Shown piece after piece: positions 45,259 to 57,185 of a stretch of DNA of 64,000 nucleotides (its first letter is position 1; every line of letters starts with the position of its first letter). Source of the DNA: Azolla caroliniana. Taxonomy: Eukaryota > Plantae > Polypodiophyta. The position numbers and the translations under genes are program-made. The notes below the pieces were generated by a model. It was not told where the DNA came from. It saw only the letters and a list, made by a program, of their open reading frames with translations, and made no database searches. Where the stretch lies: the NCBI GenBank assembly GCA_043228905.1, contig JBHGNT010000008.1:7440001-7504000 (forward strand). Reading direction: 5' to 3'.

Positions 45259-45861
45259 GTGCTTCTTTATTGGCCAACTTCTCCCTTAACGTTTGCAGTT
45301 CTTTCTCTTGCTCACTTTCTTTTTCCGGTTCTCCTGGCTCTGTTCTTGAGCTTGTGCTCTAGCCCATATTTGACATGAGCACTGCGAACTCCTTGGCCCT
45401 TGCCAGCTCTTCCTCCAGACACCGGATCCACTTCTAGGCCTTATCCAGTTCTTCGATTGTTGCCAACAACCGTTCTGTATGTTTCCGCTCTAGTCGTTGT
45501 TCTTCTTCCATCCGGTTAGCCACACTGAAAACCTGCTTTCCGAGCCACTCCAACCATTGCCGGCAGATTTCATGTTGTGCACGTACAACAAACTGTTGCA
45601 CTGGCTTCGACATCGGTTCTTGCTCCACCCCGAGCCTCTATCTAACCGGCTCCTCTCGTTCCGGTTGGCGTTCATTGTGTTATTGTTGTATTTAAAGACC
45701 CGATGATATATGTCTTTCTTTCTCCGGTTCTTGTTGAACCATCTTCACCACTTTCGATCTTTCCGTTGGTTCTTTCTCCGGTCTGGGCTCCACCACCGTT
45801 GAGTGGGGAATCGATATATTGTCCTTCCCCGGACTTGATCCTTCCCCATGTTGCTCAGTTT

Positions 45862-46372
45862 TGATGAGAAAAACGTGGAATATTGGTCGGCCACAACCGA
45901 GTCTTGAACACCTCGATGAAAACGAAGAACACAGAAATGGGAACTAAAGAGAGAACATAGCAATGAGACAGGATGTTTACGTGGAAAACCCTAATAGGGA
46001 AAAACCACGGGGGCCCACGGACTCCAACTATCACTATATGAGAGGAAATACAAAGTGGAGGCACAAACGACGGTTACAACAGAGAGTGCTCATAGCTACT
46101 CTCTCTTTCTCTCTCTCTCTCTGTCGCTCTTTGTACAACAGTTCCAACAACACTAATAACAACAGTTCCTTGCTCTACTATTTTTATTTAAAGTGATTGC
46201 CCTAAGTCAGATTTATACTTATATGAACTTAGGGCTATTTACAAATATAGCCTCAATAGGCTTACTCAAAACTTATTTACAGATATGTCTTCTCTTCTGG
46301 TTCTCTTCCGGTTCTCACCGGGTCCTCTTTATTCATCACCGGATCCCATCCGAAGAGACAGATTTCCCAACA
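45862..46372. mobile_element. Solo LTR in F ORF2
   Basis: TGATGAGAAA...TTTCCCAACA, TSD AGTTT; similar to 59754-60288. Confidence 0.85.
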
Positions 46373-48368
46373 AGTTTTGCGTCTCCTCGGCCGACGCTGG
46401 AGGGTTTCTTCTTCTTCCTCCTCTTCCACGGTTTCCTGGTGTGCTTGTCTCACTGGTTCCGCCTGCTCTCTTTCCTGCCAGTGCAACTTAAACTTGATTG
46501 GCTTCGTCGTCTTCTTCGGAACTTTTTCCGCTGTCTCTTGTCTCTGTGTATCTTGTTATGAAGGCGCTCCGACTCTTCTTTGTGCACATCGGATCATGAT
46601 CTTCTGGATCGTTAGTCGTGCTCAAGATAGAAAAGGAAGGGGAAGGAGACTTACCTTTGTAGCAAACCAAAAAGCTTCTATTTCGTTACACGCAGAGAAA
46701 CCTCTCTCGTTTGTTTTTTCTTACAATGACACTCTCTCATTTCTCCTACTACTCTCTTACTTTTTTTTACCTAAGTATATAAGTGACATATATATGCAGC
46801 TAATTAGCCGTGAGTAGCTAAATAGTTGCGAATAGCTAAATAGTAGTTGTACTTATATGTCCACTAGTAGCTAATTTCCTAATAGCTACTATAGGAGGTC
46901 TCACTTACCAATATGCAACATATGCTTTTGTTGAGCTTGTTTCTCAACACTCCCTCTCAAGCTCAACTTAACCTTTCTTGAGGCCATCTTCAATCTTCTT
47001 TTCTTCATGCTTTTCAACTATCATACCAATGCTTATAACTCCCATCATGTTCCGAAACTGTGTATGTTTTTCTATGCTCAGTCCCTTCGTAAGAATATCA
47101 GCCACTTGCTTATTTGTGCCTACATACAACATATCCACTTCTCCATCAATCAATTTTTCCCTAACAAAGTAATAATGCACTTCAATGTGCTTTGTTCTTG
47201 CATGGAACACTGGGTTTTTTGGGAGCTGAATGTTGCTCATATTGTCATACCAAATTGTGATTGCACCATCTATATACTCTCCCAAATCAGCAAGCAATCT
47301 TCTGATCCATACCTCTTCACACGTGGCTATTGTAGCTCCTCTATATTCAGCTTCAATACTTGATAATGCAACAATAGCTTGTTTCTTGCTACCGCATGAA
47401 ATAACTGCACTTCCCAATGTAAACATAAATCCACTTGTGGATCTTCTATCAGTTTGTCTTCCAGCCCAATCAACATCTGTATATCCTTCCATCTTTATGT
47501 CCAGATCAGCCCGGTAAAACAGTCCATAGTTTTGAGTAGCTTTTACATACCTCAAAATTCTTCTAATGCAGTCCAAATGTGGCTTTGTTGGTTGTTGCAT
47601 AAACTGGCTGACTAATCCAACATCATAACTCAAATCAGGTCTTGTTATAGTCGATTATATGAGGTTGCCCACCATAGACCTGTACATGTTTACATCTTCT
47701 ATTTTGGCTCCCAAATCAGCCCTCAATTTGCAGTTCTTATCTAGTGGTACATCAATAGGTTTGCATCCAAGCATACCATACTTCTTCACATAGTTGTTGC
47801 ATACTGTTTTTGCAACATATATATACCACTTTCAGATATGATCATCTCAATACCAAGAAAGTATCTCAACTCTCCTAAATCCTTCATATGAAATTGCATT
47901 TCAAGGTTTTTCTTAAGCTTCCTTATTTCATCCATAGAATCACATCCAATGATTAAGTCATCAGCATATATCAAGATAACAACAATGCAATCATTTATCT
48001 TCTTTACATACAGTGATGGATCAACTTTTGACATTTTGAAGGCAATTTTTTTCAGAGATTCTGAAAGTTCTTTTTGCCATGATCTCGGTGCTTGTTTCAA
48101 TCCATAGAGAGCCCTTTTCAGCTTACCAACATACTCTGGATGCTTCTTATCTTCAAAACTTGGTGGTTGACAAATATACAATTCGTCTTCCAAGTTACCA
48201 TGTAAAAAAGCATTTTTTATATCCATATGGTGCAGAATCTGTCAGGAACTCTATTAAGGCAGAGAAGGAATTAGTACTAAAAGAAGGATTAGTACTATTG
48301 TTGGGGAATAGTACTAAGACAGAGAAGGATTAGTACTATGAGAGGTGTCGAACTTTGAGAGAAGGAAT

Positions 48369-48424
<56 letters not shown>

Positions 48425-48717
48425 TGATGCGAAAGATATATGTATTATATGACGGAAGATATACAACAGTAGTTAGAAGGCTTAAGACTGGCGTTGAACC
48501 GATTTGGTTCGAACTAATGCCTTGCACCTCCTTTTATAGTGTCTTCAGGAATACTCCTGAAGTTTCTAGAATGTTCCAGAGAAATCTGGAATATACATCA
48601 ATTTCCTAATAAAACCTAAATGAAAATAATATCCTTCAAATTACAACTCATAACCTAATGGTAAAGTCTCGACCCGTGTAACAAAAGGTTATGGGTTCGA
48701 GTCTAGTTATGACATAG

Positions 48718-51700
48718 TTATGACACTATCCTCCCTTTAAAACGACGAGTTTCACGAGTCGTTTTGGATTGAGGACCCGGTTTCTCGGGATATCGTCGAT
48801 GGAAGTCTTCTAGAAGAGCACGAGCATTGGTCACATTCTCGATCGGTTCCCAAGTACGCTCGCTGGGACTATATCCTAGCCAATCGACTAGATAGTAGAG
48901 CTTGTTGCGAACAATCTTGGAATCGAGGATGGCAGCGACCTCATACTCAGGTCCATCTTCGAGCTCGATAGGAGGTGGAGGTTGTATAGTACGTCCTGGG
49001 ATAGTGCTCTCGTGATAGGGTTCGAGGAGAGAACTATGAAACACCGGGTGTATCCGAAGTTGCGGAGGTAGCTCGAGACGAAAAGCGACATCATTAATCT
49101 TTCCGATAATACGGAAAGGACCTAATCGTCGATAATCCAACTTCTCACATGGGCGAGTAGTCTTGATGTGTCGTCGTAGCAGCCACACCCGATCTCCAAT
49201 GTTAAAACTGGATGGAAGTCGATGACGATCTGCGTAGTCCTTGTGTGATTGTTGAGCTTGCTGGAGTTGAGTAGATAAATCCGCTTGTATCTTGCGTAAC
49301 CGCTCCAAACGATCCTCCGCGTAAGGATTTGTGGACACTTCTGGGGTTTCAAGGACACACCACCGGGGATGATATCCCGTATAAGCGTAGAATGGCGTGA
49401 CTTTAGTCGATGCGTGGATAGCGTTATTATAGGCAAATTCGGCAAACGGAAGAATATCTGCCCAGTCATTCTGATGATAGTTGAGAAAGCACCGCAGATA
49501 CTGCTCCAGTGTTTGATTTGTTCGTTCGGCTTGACCGTCGGTTTGTGGGTGGTAGCCGGAGGAGAGGTTACAAGTGACCTTCAGCATTTTAAAAAGGTGC
49601 TTCCAGAATTTTGACACAAACTGGGGTCCACGATCGCTGATGATATTATCAGGGAGTCCATGATGCCGACATACTTCCCGCATGACAATTTCGGCGGTGT
49701 CTTCACTAGATATTTCTTTAGTACATGGTAAGAAATGAGCCATCTTCGTATATCGATCCACCACTGTGAGAATCGCACTGAATCCCTTAGAGACTGGAAG
49801 ATCTGTAATGAAGTCAAGAGCAATGGATTGCCATGGCTTGCTTGGAATTGGTAATGGTTCTAATAAACCATATGGATGATGTCTTGGCATTTTCGCTCTG
49901 CAGCATGTATCGCAAGTCCGAACAAAATCTTCGACAAATTGTCGCATACGGGGCCACCAGAATGATCGTTGTACTAAATCTAATGTTTTAGTACTACCAA
50001 AATGTCCTGCTGTATATGTGTCATGGCAGTTTTGTACTACTCGAAGGCGGCAAGAACCATTAGGAACATACAAAAGTTCTTTAAAGAAGAGTAATCCATC
50101 ACAGTATTTGAATTGCCGATAATCCGTACCTGGTGATTGTGATTGTGAACATGACGCTCGAGAGGGGTCAATTTGTGCTAGTATAGCTTGGGCGAAAGCG
50201 TCAGTCTTCAAGTCCTCACGTATAGTATTGGTAATGTCGGAATCCACGGGCATGTCAAAGATCTGTGCTGCTTGCAGTCGTGCTGGACCCAAGATTACTT
50301 GCTTCTGGTTATCGAAAGCTGGCTCACCGGGACGTGGTGTTAGATACGAACGCCGTGATAATGCATCTGCCTTCCCTTGGTGCTTCCCCGGACGATATGT
50401 AATTTTGAAGTCGAAGCGTGTGAGGAAATGGGCCCACCGAGCTTGACGTCGATTCAGTACACGAGCATCTTGAAAGTAGGCAAGGTTCTTGTGGTCACTG
50501 AATACAGTGACCTGATGAGGAGATCCCTCCAGGAAATGCCTCCATTGCATAAAAGAATCAACTATTGCTAATAGCTCTTTATCATGAATTTCGTAGTTGA
50601 TTTCGGCGGCGTCAAACTTACGGGAGTGGAAAGCCACAGGATGTAGCTTCTCGTCGTTACCCTGTTGTGACAGAATGCTCCCCAATGCGAAATCCGATGC
50701 ATCAGCTTCGATAATGAATGGTTTTTCCGGATCCACATGACCTAAAATTGGAGCTGATGTAAACGCCTTCTTAAGACTCTCGAAAGCCATGTCCGTCTCT
50801 TTAGACCAAATGAATGATTGTCCCTTCCTGGTGAGCTGTGTGAGAGGCAGCACAATTTTTGAGTAATTTTGTATGAACTTCCGGTAGAAATTTGCAAAGC
50901 CTAGGAAGCATTGCACATCCCGCACCGAACGCGGAGTGTGCCATTCTATCACCGTTTTGACCTTGGCTGGGTCCATAGATATGCCTTCTGAGGAGATGAC
51001 ATAGCCGAGAAACTCCACTTGGTTGCACCCGAAACTACATTTCTCTAACTTTGCATACAGACCATGTTCTCGAAGTCGTTTTAGTACTAATAGTACATGA
51101 GAATCATGTTCTTCTTGGGTCTTTGAATAAACCAGTAGATCATCCAAATAGATGATCAAAAAATCATCCAAGAGGTCTCGAAATATATCATTCGCCATGT
51201 GCTGGAAGACTGCCGGCGCATTAGTGAGTCCGAACGGCATGACCGTATACTCGAAGTGCCCATATCTGGTGCGAAACGCGGTCTTCCATTCATCTCCTGG
51301 TCGGATCCGTACGAGGTTATAGGCTCCTCGTAAGTCGATCTTCGTGAAGAACCTGGCACCGTTGATCCGTTCTAAAAGACTTGAGATAAGGGGAAGAGCA
51401 TACCTATTTCTTACTGTGACCTTATTCAAGCCACGGTAATCTACAACGAGTCGAAGCGAGCCATCTTTTTTCTTGACGAAGAAAATGGGTGCGCCGGCTG
51501 GAGATTTCGAATGCCGAATGAAACCGTTCTCCAAATTCTCCTCTATATAGGCTCGAAGGACTTCTAGCTCGGTTGGTGACAAATTGTAGATCGGCCCCCA
51601 TGGCGGCTCTTTTCCCGGTTGTAAGTCGATGGCGCAGTCGTACGGCCGATGATGAGGAAGTGTGTTGGCTTGTACTTTATCGAACACATCAGCATACTGA

Positions 51701-52314
51701 CGATACTTCTCGGGAAGTTGAACGGTGGACTCCTCTTTGGTGGTGCTGGAGGGTTGTACTGATATTGCAAAGAGAAACATTTCCTCCTTGCGCCCTTCCT
51801 CACGCAACTGACGTAGCGAAATGGTTGCAACCTTCTGGGTAGATCCTTGGGTTTGTCGCAACCGGATTTCCCTTGTCCTCCAATCTATGTCTGGGTCATG
51901 TAACTCGAACCATGGTAATCCTAAAACTATGGGATGTTCTGGAATACTAATAATATTAAATGATACTACACATGTTAAGTTATCTAGGACAATATTAACG
52001 GGTTCCGACTCTTCTATGATATTACCAGAAGCAATGGGACGACCATCAATGACTACTACTGAGGCTGGACATGGGAGCTTTCTTAGAGATATCTGATGAG
52101 CTCGGGCAAAATTCCTATCCATGAAGCAAGAATTAGCTCCGGAATCTAGAAGGGCTAAGGTATGTACTGGAGGGGTACTTTTAGTACTAACTGCTACTTG
52201 GACTACGAACACATCACTAACTTGCTTAGAGGGAATGGAACCACTAATGGGCTGCACAGATCTAGGGCTGTCCAACCAAACGGCTCCTATTTTGGCTGGA
52301 CTTAGTCGTTTAAC
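48718..52314 (-). CDS. C2 pol with chromodomain
   Basis: Translation identical to C1 pol in the ORF track. Confidence 0.95.
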   Translation of the reverse strand, partial: VKRLSPAKIGAVWLDSPRSVQPISGSIPSKQVSDVFVVQVAVSTKSTPPVHTLALLDSGANSCFMDRNFARAHQISLRKLPCPASVVVIDGRPIASGNIIEESEPVNIVLDNLTCVVSFNIISIPEHPIVLGLPWFELHDPDIDWRTREIRLRQTQGSTQKVATISLRQLREEGRKEEMFLFAISVQPSSTTKEESTVQLPEKYRQYADVFDKVQANTLPHHRPYDCAIDLQPGKEPPWGPIYNLSPTELEVLRAYIEENLENGFIRHSKSPAGAPIFFVKKKDGSLRLVVDYRGLNKVTVRNRYALPLISSLLERINGARFFTKIDLRGAYNLVRIRPGDEWKTAFRTRYGHFEYTVMPFGLTNAPAVFQHMANDIFRDLLDDFLIIYLDDLLVYSKTQEEHDSHVLLVLKRLREHGLYAKLEKCSFGCNQVEFLGYVISSEGISMDPAKVKTVIEWHTPRSVRDVQCFLGFANFYRKFIQNYSKIVLPLTQLTRKGQSFIWSKETDMAFESLKKAFTSAPILGHVDPEKPFIIEADASDFALGSILSQQGNDEKLHPVAFHSRKFDAAEINYEIHDKELLAIVDSFMQWRHFLEGSPHQVTVFSDHKNLAYFQDARVLNRRQARWAHFLTRFDFKITYRPGKHQGKADALSRRSYLTPRPGEPAFDNQKQVILGPARLQAAQIFDMPVDSDITNTIREDLKTDAFAQAILAQIDPSRASCSQSQSPGTDYRQFKYCDGLLFFKELLYVPNGSCRLRVVQNCHDTYTAGHFGSTKTLDLVQRSFWWPRMRQFVEDFVRTCDTCCRAKMPRHHPYGLLEPLPIPSKPWQSIALDFITDLPVSKGFSAILTVVDRYTKMAHFLPCTKEISSEDTAEIVMREVCRHHGLPDNIISDRGPQFVSKFWKHLFKMLKVTCNLSSGYHPQTDGQAERTNQTLEQYLRCFLNYHQNDWADILPFAEFAYNNAIHASTKVTPFYAYTGYHPRWCVLETPEVSTNPYAEDRLERLRKIQADLSTQLQQAQQSHKDYADRHRLPSSFNIGDRVWLLRRHIKTTRPCEKLDYRRLGPFRIIGKINDVAFRLELPPQLRIHPVFHSSLLEPYHESTIPGRTIQPPPPIELEDGPEYEVAAILDSKIVRNKLYYLVDWLGYSPSERTWEPIENVTNARALLEDFHRRYPEKPGPQSKTTRETRRFKGRIVS

Positions 52315-53471
52315 TCTTCTTCTAATTGGCTAAGGACATCAAATTTGTTTGCGAGATTCGGACTATTAGTACTATTAGGACTATTATGACTATGAGGATT
52401 ATCAGAGATTCCTACTGACATAGACTCGGGTTTAGTATAGTCAGAACTAACAATGACTTGGTTTACCTGCCTTCTTGGTCTATGGGGACAGTTTATCGCG
52501 ATATGCCCTGGTCCACCGCAATAAAGGCATAATCGGTTTGTTCGGCGTCGTTGCTTTTCCTCCTCCGATAGCGGCCCACGACGACGTGTAGTGTCAATTT
52601 CCATTGGAGTTGGAGTACTTACTGGAGGCGCATTATGTGACTCCCTTTGAAAAGGTTTCGCTACCATTGAGGCATAGGTAGGCTCGGATCTTGCCCTCGG
52701 CATCTGAAATTGTCGTTCCGAACGTCGCTCGAAGAGGCGGTTGTCACATCTGACCGCTCGACTGATTGCTTCTGTTAATGATTTTGGCTCTTCAGGGAAA
52801 GTCAAGAGTAAATCCTTGACATCGTTGCGTAGACCATAGCGGAACTGCTCCATCAATGCTTGATCATCCCAGGGGATATCGGCGGCGAGTAGGCGGAAAT
52901 CTGCAGCATATGCGGAGGCTGGACGGTCACCTTGGCGTAATCGCCGGATTTTGTTGATTGCAGTCCTTATGCTGTCAGTATCTCCAAAACATGCTTTAAA
53001 CTCACTTATGAATTCTTCAAAATTATTTAGTACTGGAGATTCCTTTTCTAGTAGCGGTGCGAACCATGCTAATGCTGAGCCAGTTAACAACGTGCCTACT
53101 AAACCCACTCGTGATGCATCGGTGGGATATCGGGACGGATGCATTTGAATAACTAACCGTACCTGGTTAAGAAACCCTCTAAACTGCGATCGCGTTCCAT
53201 CGAACTTCGTGGGAAGGCCAATCTTGGGTTCTTTATGAATCCCTTGTGCTCCGTGCCCTTGTTGTTGCATTGCTACGATGGTTGCTTCGAGTTGTTGCAC
53301 GCGTAACGCAAGTTCCCCATGCTGTTGTTGCGTTTGCTGCTTTTCTAAGGAAATTTGCTGAAGATCCCCCAACAAGCGTTGATTTTCTTGTTCCAAAGCA
53401 TGAAACTTCTCTTTCAAGCATTGAAATTCCGAGAAAACGGATTGATACTCTTCAGCGCTAACGGTGGCCAT
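52302..53471 (-). CDS. C2 gag
   Basis: Translation identical to C1 gag. Confidence 0.95.
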   Translation of the reverse strand: MATVSAEEYQSVFSEFQCLKEKFHALEQENQRLLGDLQQISLEKQQTQQQHGELALRVQQLEATIVAMQQQGHGAQGIHKEPKIGLPTKFDGTRSQFRGFLNQVRLVIQMHPSRYPTDASRVGLVGTLLTGSALAWFAPLLEKESPVLNNFEEFISEFKACFGDTDSIRTAINKIRRLRQGDRPASAYAADFRLLAADIPWDDQALMEQFRYGLRNDVKDLLLTFPEEPKSLTEAISRAVRCDNRLFERRSERQFQMPRARSEPTYASMVAKPFQRESHNAPPVSTPTPMEIDTTRRRGPLSEEEKQRRRTNRLCLYCGGPGHIAINCPHRPRRQVNQVIVSSDYTKPESMSVGISDNPHSHNSPNSTNSPNLANKFDVLSQLEEELND

Positions 53472-53696
53472 GGGATGAAGGAAAAGGGAAATAAGAGACT
53501 AGTAGGAAAGGAGAGAGACAGAAGGAAGAGGGAGACTAGTAGGAGGAAGAAATCGGTTCAAACTGTCAGGAACTCTATTAAGGCAGAGAAGGAATTAGTA
53601 CTAAAAGAAGGATTAGTACTATTGTTGGGGAATAGTACTAAGACAGAGAAGGATTAGTACTATGAGAGGTGTCGAACTTTGAGAGAAGGAATGAGT

Positions 53697-53740
<44 letters not shown>

Positions 53741-55573
53741 TGATGCGAAAGATATATGTATTATATGACGGAAGATATACAACAGTAGTTAGAAGGCTTA
53801 AGAGTGGCGTTGAACCGATTTGGTTCGAACTAATGCCTTGCACCTCCTTTTATAGTGTCTTCAGGAATACTCCTGAAGTTTCTAGAATGTTCCAGAGAAA
53901 TCTGGAATATACATCAATTTCCTAATAAAACCTAAATGAAAATAATATCCTTCAAATTACAACTCATAACCTAATGGTAAAGTCTCGACCCGTGTAACAA
54001 AAGGTTATGGGTTCGAGTCTAGTTATGACATAGTTATGACAGAATCCATCGTTTGGCTGCACTCACAGCAAGTAGTGTCCTTAATGTTGCCATCTTGGCA
54101 ACCTGTGCAAATGTTTCATCATAATCAATTCCTTGCATCTGGGCATATCCCTTTGCAACAAGTCTTGCTTTATGTCTATTAACATTTCCATTTGAATCCT
54201 GCTTTTTCTTGTAGACCCATTTGCAACCTACGACATTTTTTCTTTTCGGTAACTTTACCAAATCCCATGTTCTGTTTTCAGCCAATGCATCTATTTCTTC
54301 TTGCATTGCATTCACCCATTTCTTATCAGATTTTGCTTCATCAAAACTATTTGGATCAGGGATATGTACCACTTTAGACATATATGCATAATGCATAGCC
54401 ATGTATGTATCATAACCAAATCTTTCAACATTTTTTTTTACCTTATCTGATCTTCTTAGTTTTTGATTTGCATCTTTGATTGCTTTTTCCATACCAGGGA
54501 TTTTCAAGCCTCGTATACCCAGCTCATCATCCAATGATGTATCTAAATCTACATCTTCCATGTTTCTAGATCCATCATCAAGCATTTCATATTCTAACAT
54601 CTTCTATTTCCCCTTTCTATCATCATATTTTGTGTCCTGCATTTTTTCCACTCCATGTATTTGAATCAGATTTACTACCAAAGTTTTTAGATGGTCCAGA
54701 ACATTCTATTGATGTTGAACTTTGCTGTCCAACATTGTTTCCATCTCTATGGCAATCTCTTCCTTTTTCAGATTTATTAGTGTCTTCATTTTCATAGTCT
54801 TCATCAGTTTCTACATTTTCTTTTGGGTTGTACCAGCTGCCCAACTCATCACGGCTCACTAAAATCTTTTTTTTCAACGGGCTATAACATATATACCCTT
54901 TTTGCTCCTCTAAATATCCAACAAGAACACATTTTTCAGCTTTTGGATCAAGCTTACTTCTTACTTCAGCAGGTACATGGACATAACCAAGGCATCCAAA
55001 CACTTTTAAGTGTCCTAAACTAGGTTTCCTTCCATAGAAACATTCTTCAGGGGTTACTTCATGTACTCCAGATGTTATACATCTATTTAGAATAAAGTTT
55101 GTTGTGTTTACAGCTTCTGCCCAGTAATACAATGTCATATTTTTTTCAGTCATCATGACTCTTGTTATGTTCACCAGAGTTCTGTTTTTTCTCTCAAAAA
55201 CTTCATTTTGTTGTGGAGTATATCTACATGTAAACTGTCTCCTTATTCCTTGATTACATAGAAAATCAGAAAATTCATTTGAGAAATATTCTCCTCCATC
55301 AGATCTTAAACACTTTATTCTAGTCCCGACTTGTTTTTCTACCATGCATTTGAACTTACGCAAGCAATCAAATATTTCACTTTTCTCTTTCATGAAGTAA
55401 ACCCATGTTTTCCTTGAGCAATTCATCAATAAAAGTTACATAGAACCTGCAACCACCAATTGATTGATTTTTTGTTGGTCCCCATACATCCGTATGTACC
55501 AAATCCAACAAATTTTTGCTTACATGTCTTTCATGCGGGAAAGGCAACCTGTTTTGCTTTCCATATTGGCATG

Positions 55574-56192
55574 TGTGAAAGTGTTTTTAGAATTCAAAGT
55601 ATTGAACACTACAAGAATATAAGGTATGGAGCATTCACATCCGGAGGTCAACAACATGAACCAAGGTCTTGAGGATAAGTCAAACAAAAAGCAAGACACA
55701 TGGAGAAAAGTAAAAGAAGAAAAAAGTGGGCCACCAAAACATAGTCTAAAACGAACGCTTATAACTCTTTCTTTTGGAAGCCAAATATCATGTTCAAATA
55801 TAGGATTAGAAAGATTATGAAGAGAGCTATCACAGCTTTTTAAAGCTCTAAATTTGGAGCTTGGATATGGGAGATATGACGATTAGAAGATCATTGTGTC
55901 ATGGCTAAGAATAGGAGATGGAAAACTTCTAAAAAAAGCGTAAAAAAGAAAGCAAGGGAAAGTTATCTAGTTGAGAAGACTTTTATGTAAAGGAAGAAGA
56001 GTAAGGTAGTGAGGGAGGAGTCTCTTTCTTGTGATGTTTTCTTTCCAATTCGTGTAGTGTTGTTTGAATTCTTATCAATAGATATTTGTAGTTGTATCTT
56101 CTTTCTCTCTTCCTTCTTTCATGATCAATAGATCTTTGTAGTTTTAGATTTATATATCTTCTTTATCTTTTCTTTCTATCATCACTCTTTCA
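55574..56192. mobile_element. Solo LTR in the G integrase zinc-finger region
   Basis: TG...CA, TSD GCATG; ICEAC|QYGKQ rejoins across it. Confidence 0.8.
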
Positions 56193-56630
56193 GCATGCTT
56201 CACATATTTTGCTCATCTTACAATCTTTCAACTTAGACAATCCAACCACTACATTCTTCCTCAACATATTTTTCAAGGTTTGCATACTTATGTGACCGAT
56301 TCTTTTATGCCACATTTCCACATATGAGATTACACTCATTCCTTCTACAGACATGGTTGTAATCTTTTTTGGCATATCCACATTCAACACAAACATCCTT
56401 CCTTGTCGTTTTCCTTTTGCTATTAGCTTTCCTTGTTTCTCTATAAAGCACCCATTTTGCTTAAACTTAACTTGCATTCCTTGCTCTACTATTTGTCCAA
56501 CAGTTTGCTTACCTCTGCCTCAATTGCTCCCCCTGCCTCTGATGTTGTTTCTTCCACTTGTAGCTTGTTGTCCTCTTCCTTGATAATTATTGTTGGTTCT
56601 AGCTGAACCAAATTTTCCATGGCCTCTTCG

Positions 56631-57185
56631 TCGGCCTCTTCCAGCACTATTGTAAAGGGCTTGCTCCTCAGTCTCAGAGTTTCCTTTGTTTACATCATCC
56701 ATCTGATTTCTTTCTTCCACTACGAGCATTGAAACTAGATCTGGAAAGCTTGGGATGTTATCCCTCTTCGTCAGCCTCTTCCAGCACTATTGTAAAGGGC
56801 TTGCTCCTCAGTCTCAGAGTTTCCTTTGTTTACATCATCCATCTGATTTCTTTCTTCCACTACGAGCATTGAAACTAGATCTGGAAAGCTTGGGATGCTA
56901 TCCCTCTTCGTCAGCCTCTTCCAGCACTATTGTAAAGGGCTTGCTCCTCAGTCTCAGAGTTTCCTTTGTTTACATCATCCATCTAATTTCTTTCTTCCAC
57001 TACGAGCATTGAAACTAGATCTGGAAAGCTTGGGATGCTATCCCTCTTCATCGGCCTCTTCCAGTACTATTGTAAAGGGCTTGCCCCTTAGTCTCTGAGT
57101 TTCCTTTGTTTACATCATCCATCTGATTTCTTTCTTCCACTACAAGCATTGAAACTAGATCTAGAAAGCTTGGGATGTTATCCCT
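56631..57185. repeat. Four 140-bp tandem units in G gag
   Basis: Units start at ~56631, 56771, 56911 and 57051. Confidence 0.9.

Larger units (their letters stand above)
48240..54041 (-). mobile_element. Element C2: intact chromovirus, twin of C1, inserted in G RT
   Basis: LTRs 48240-48725 and 53564-54041, TSD GAATC. Confidence 0.96.

Noticed and set aside
48240-54041. C2 as an assembly or segmental duplicate of C1
   Set aside because: Different TSDs, flanks and LTR structure.
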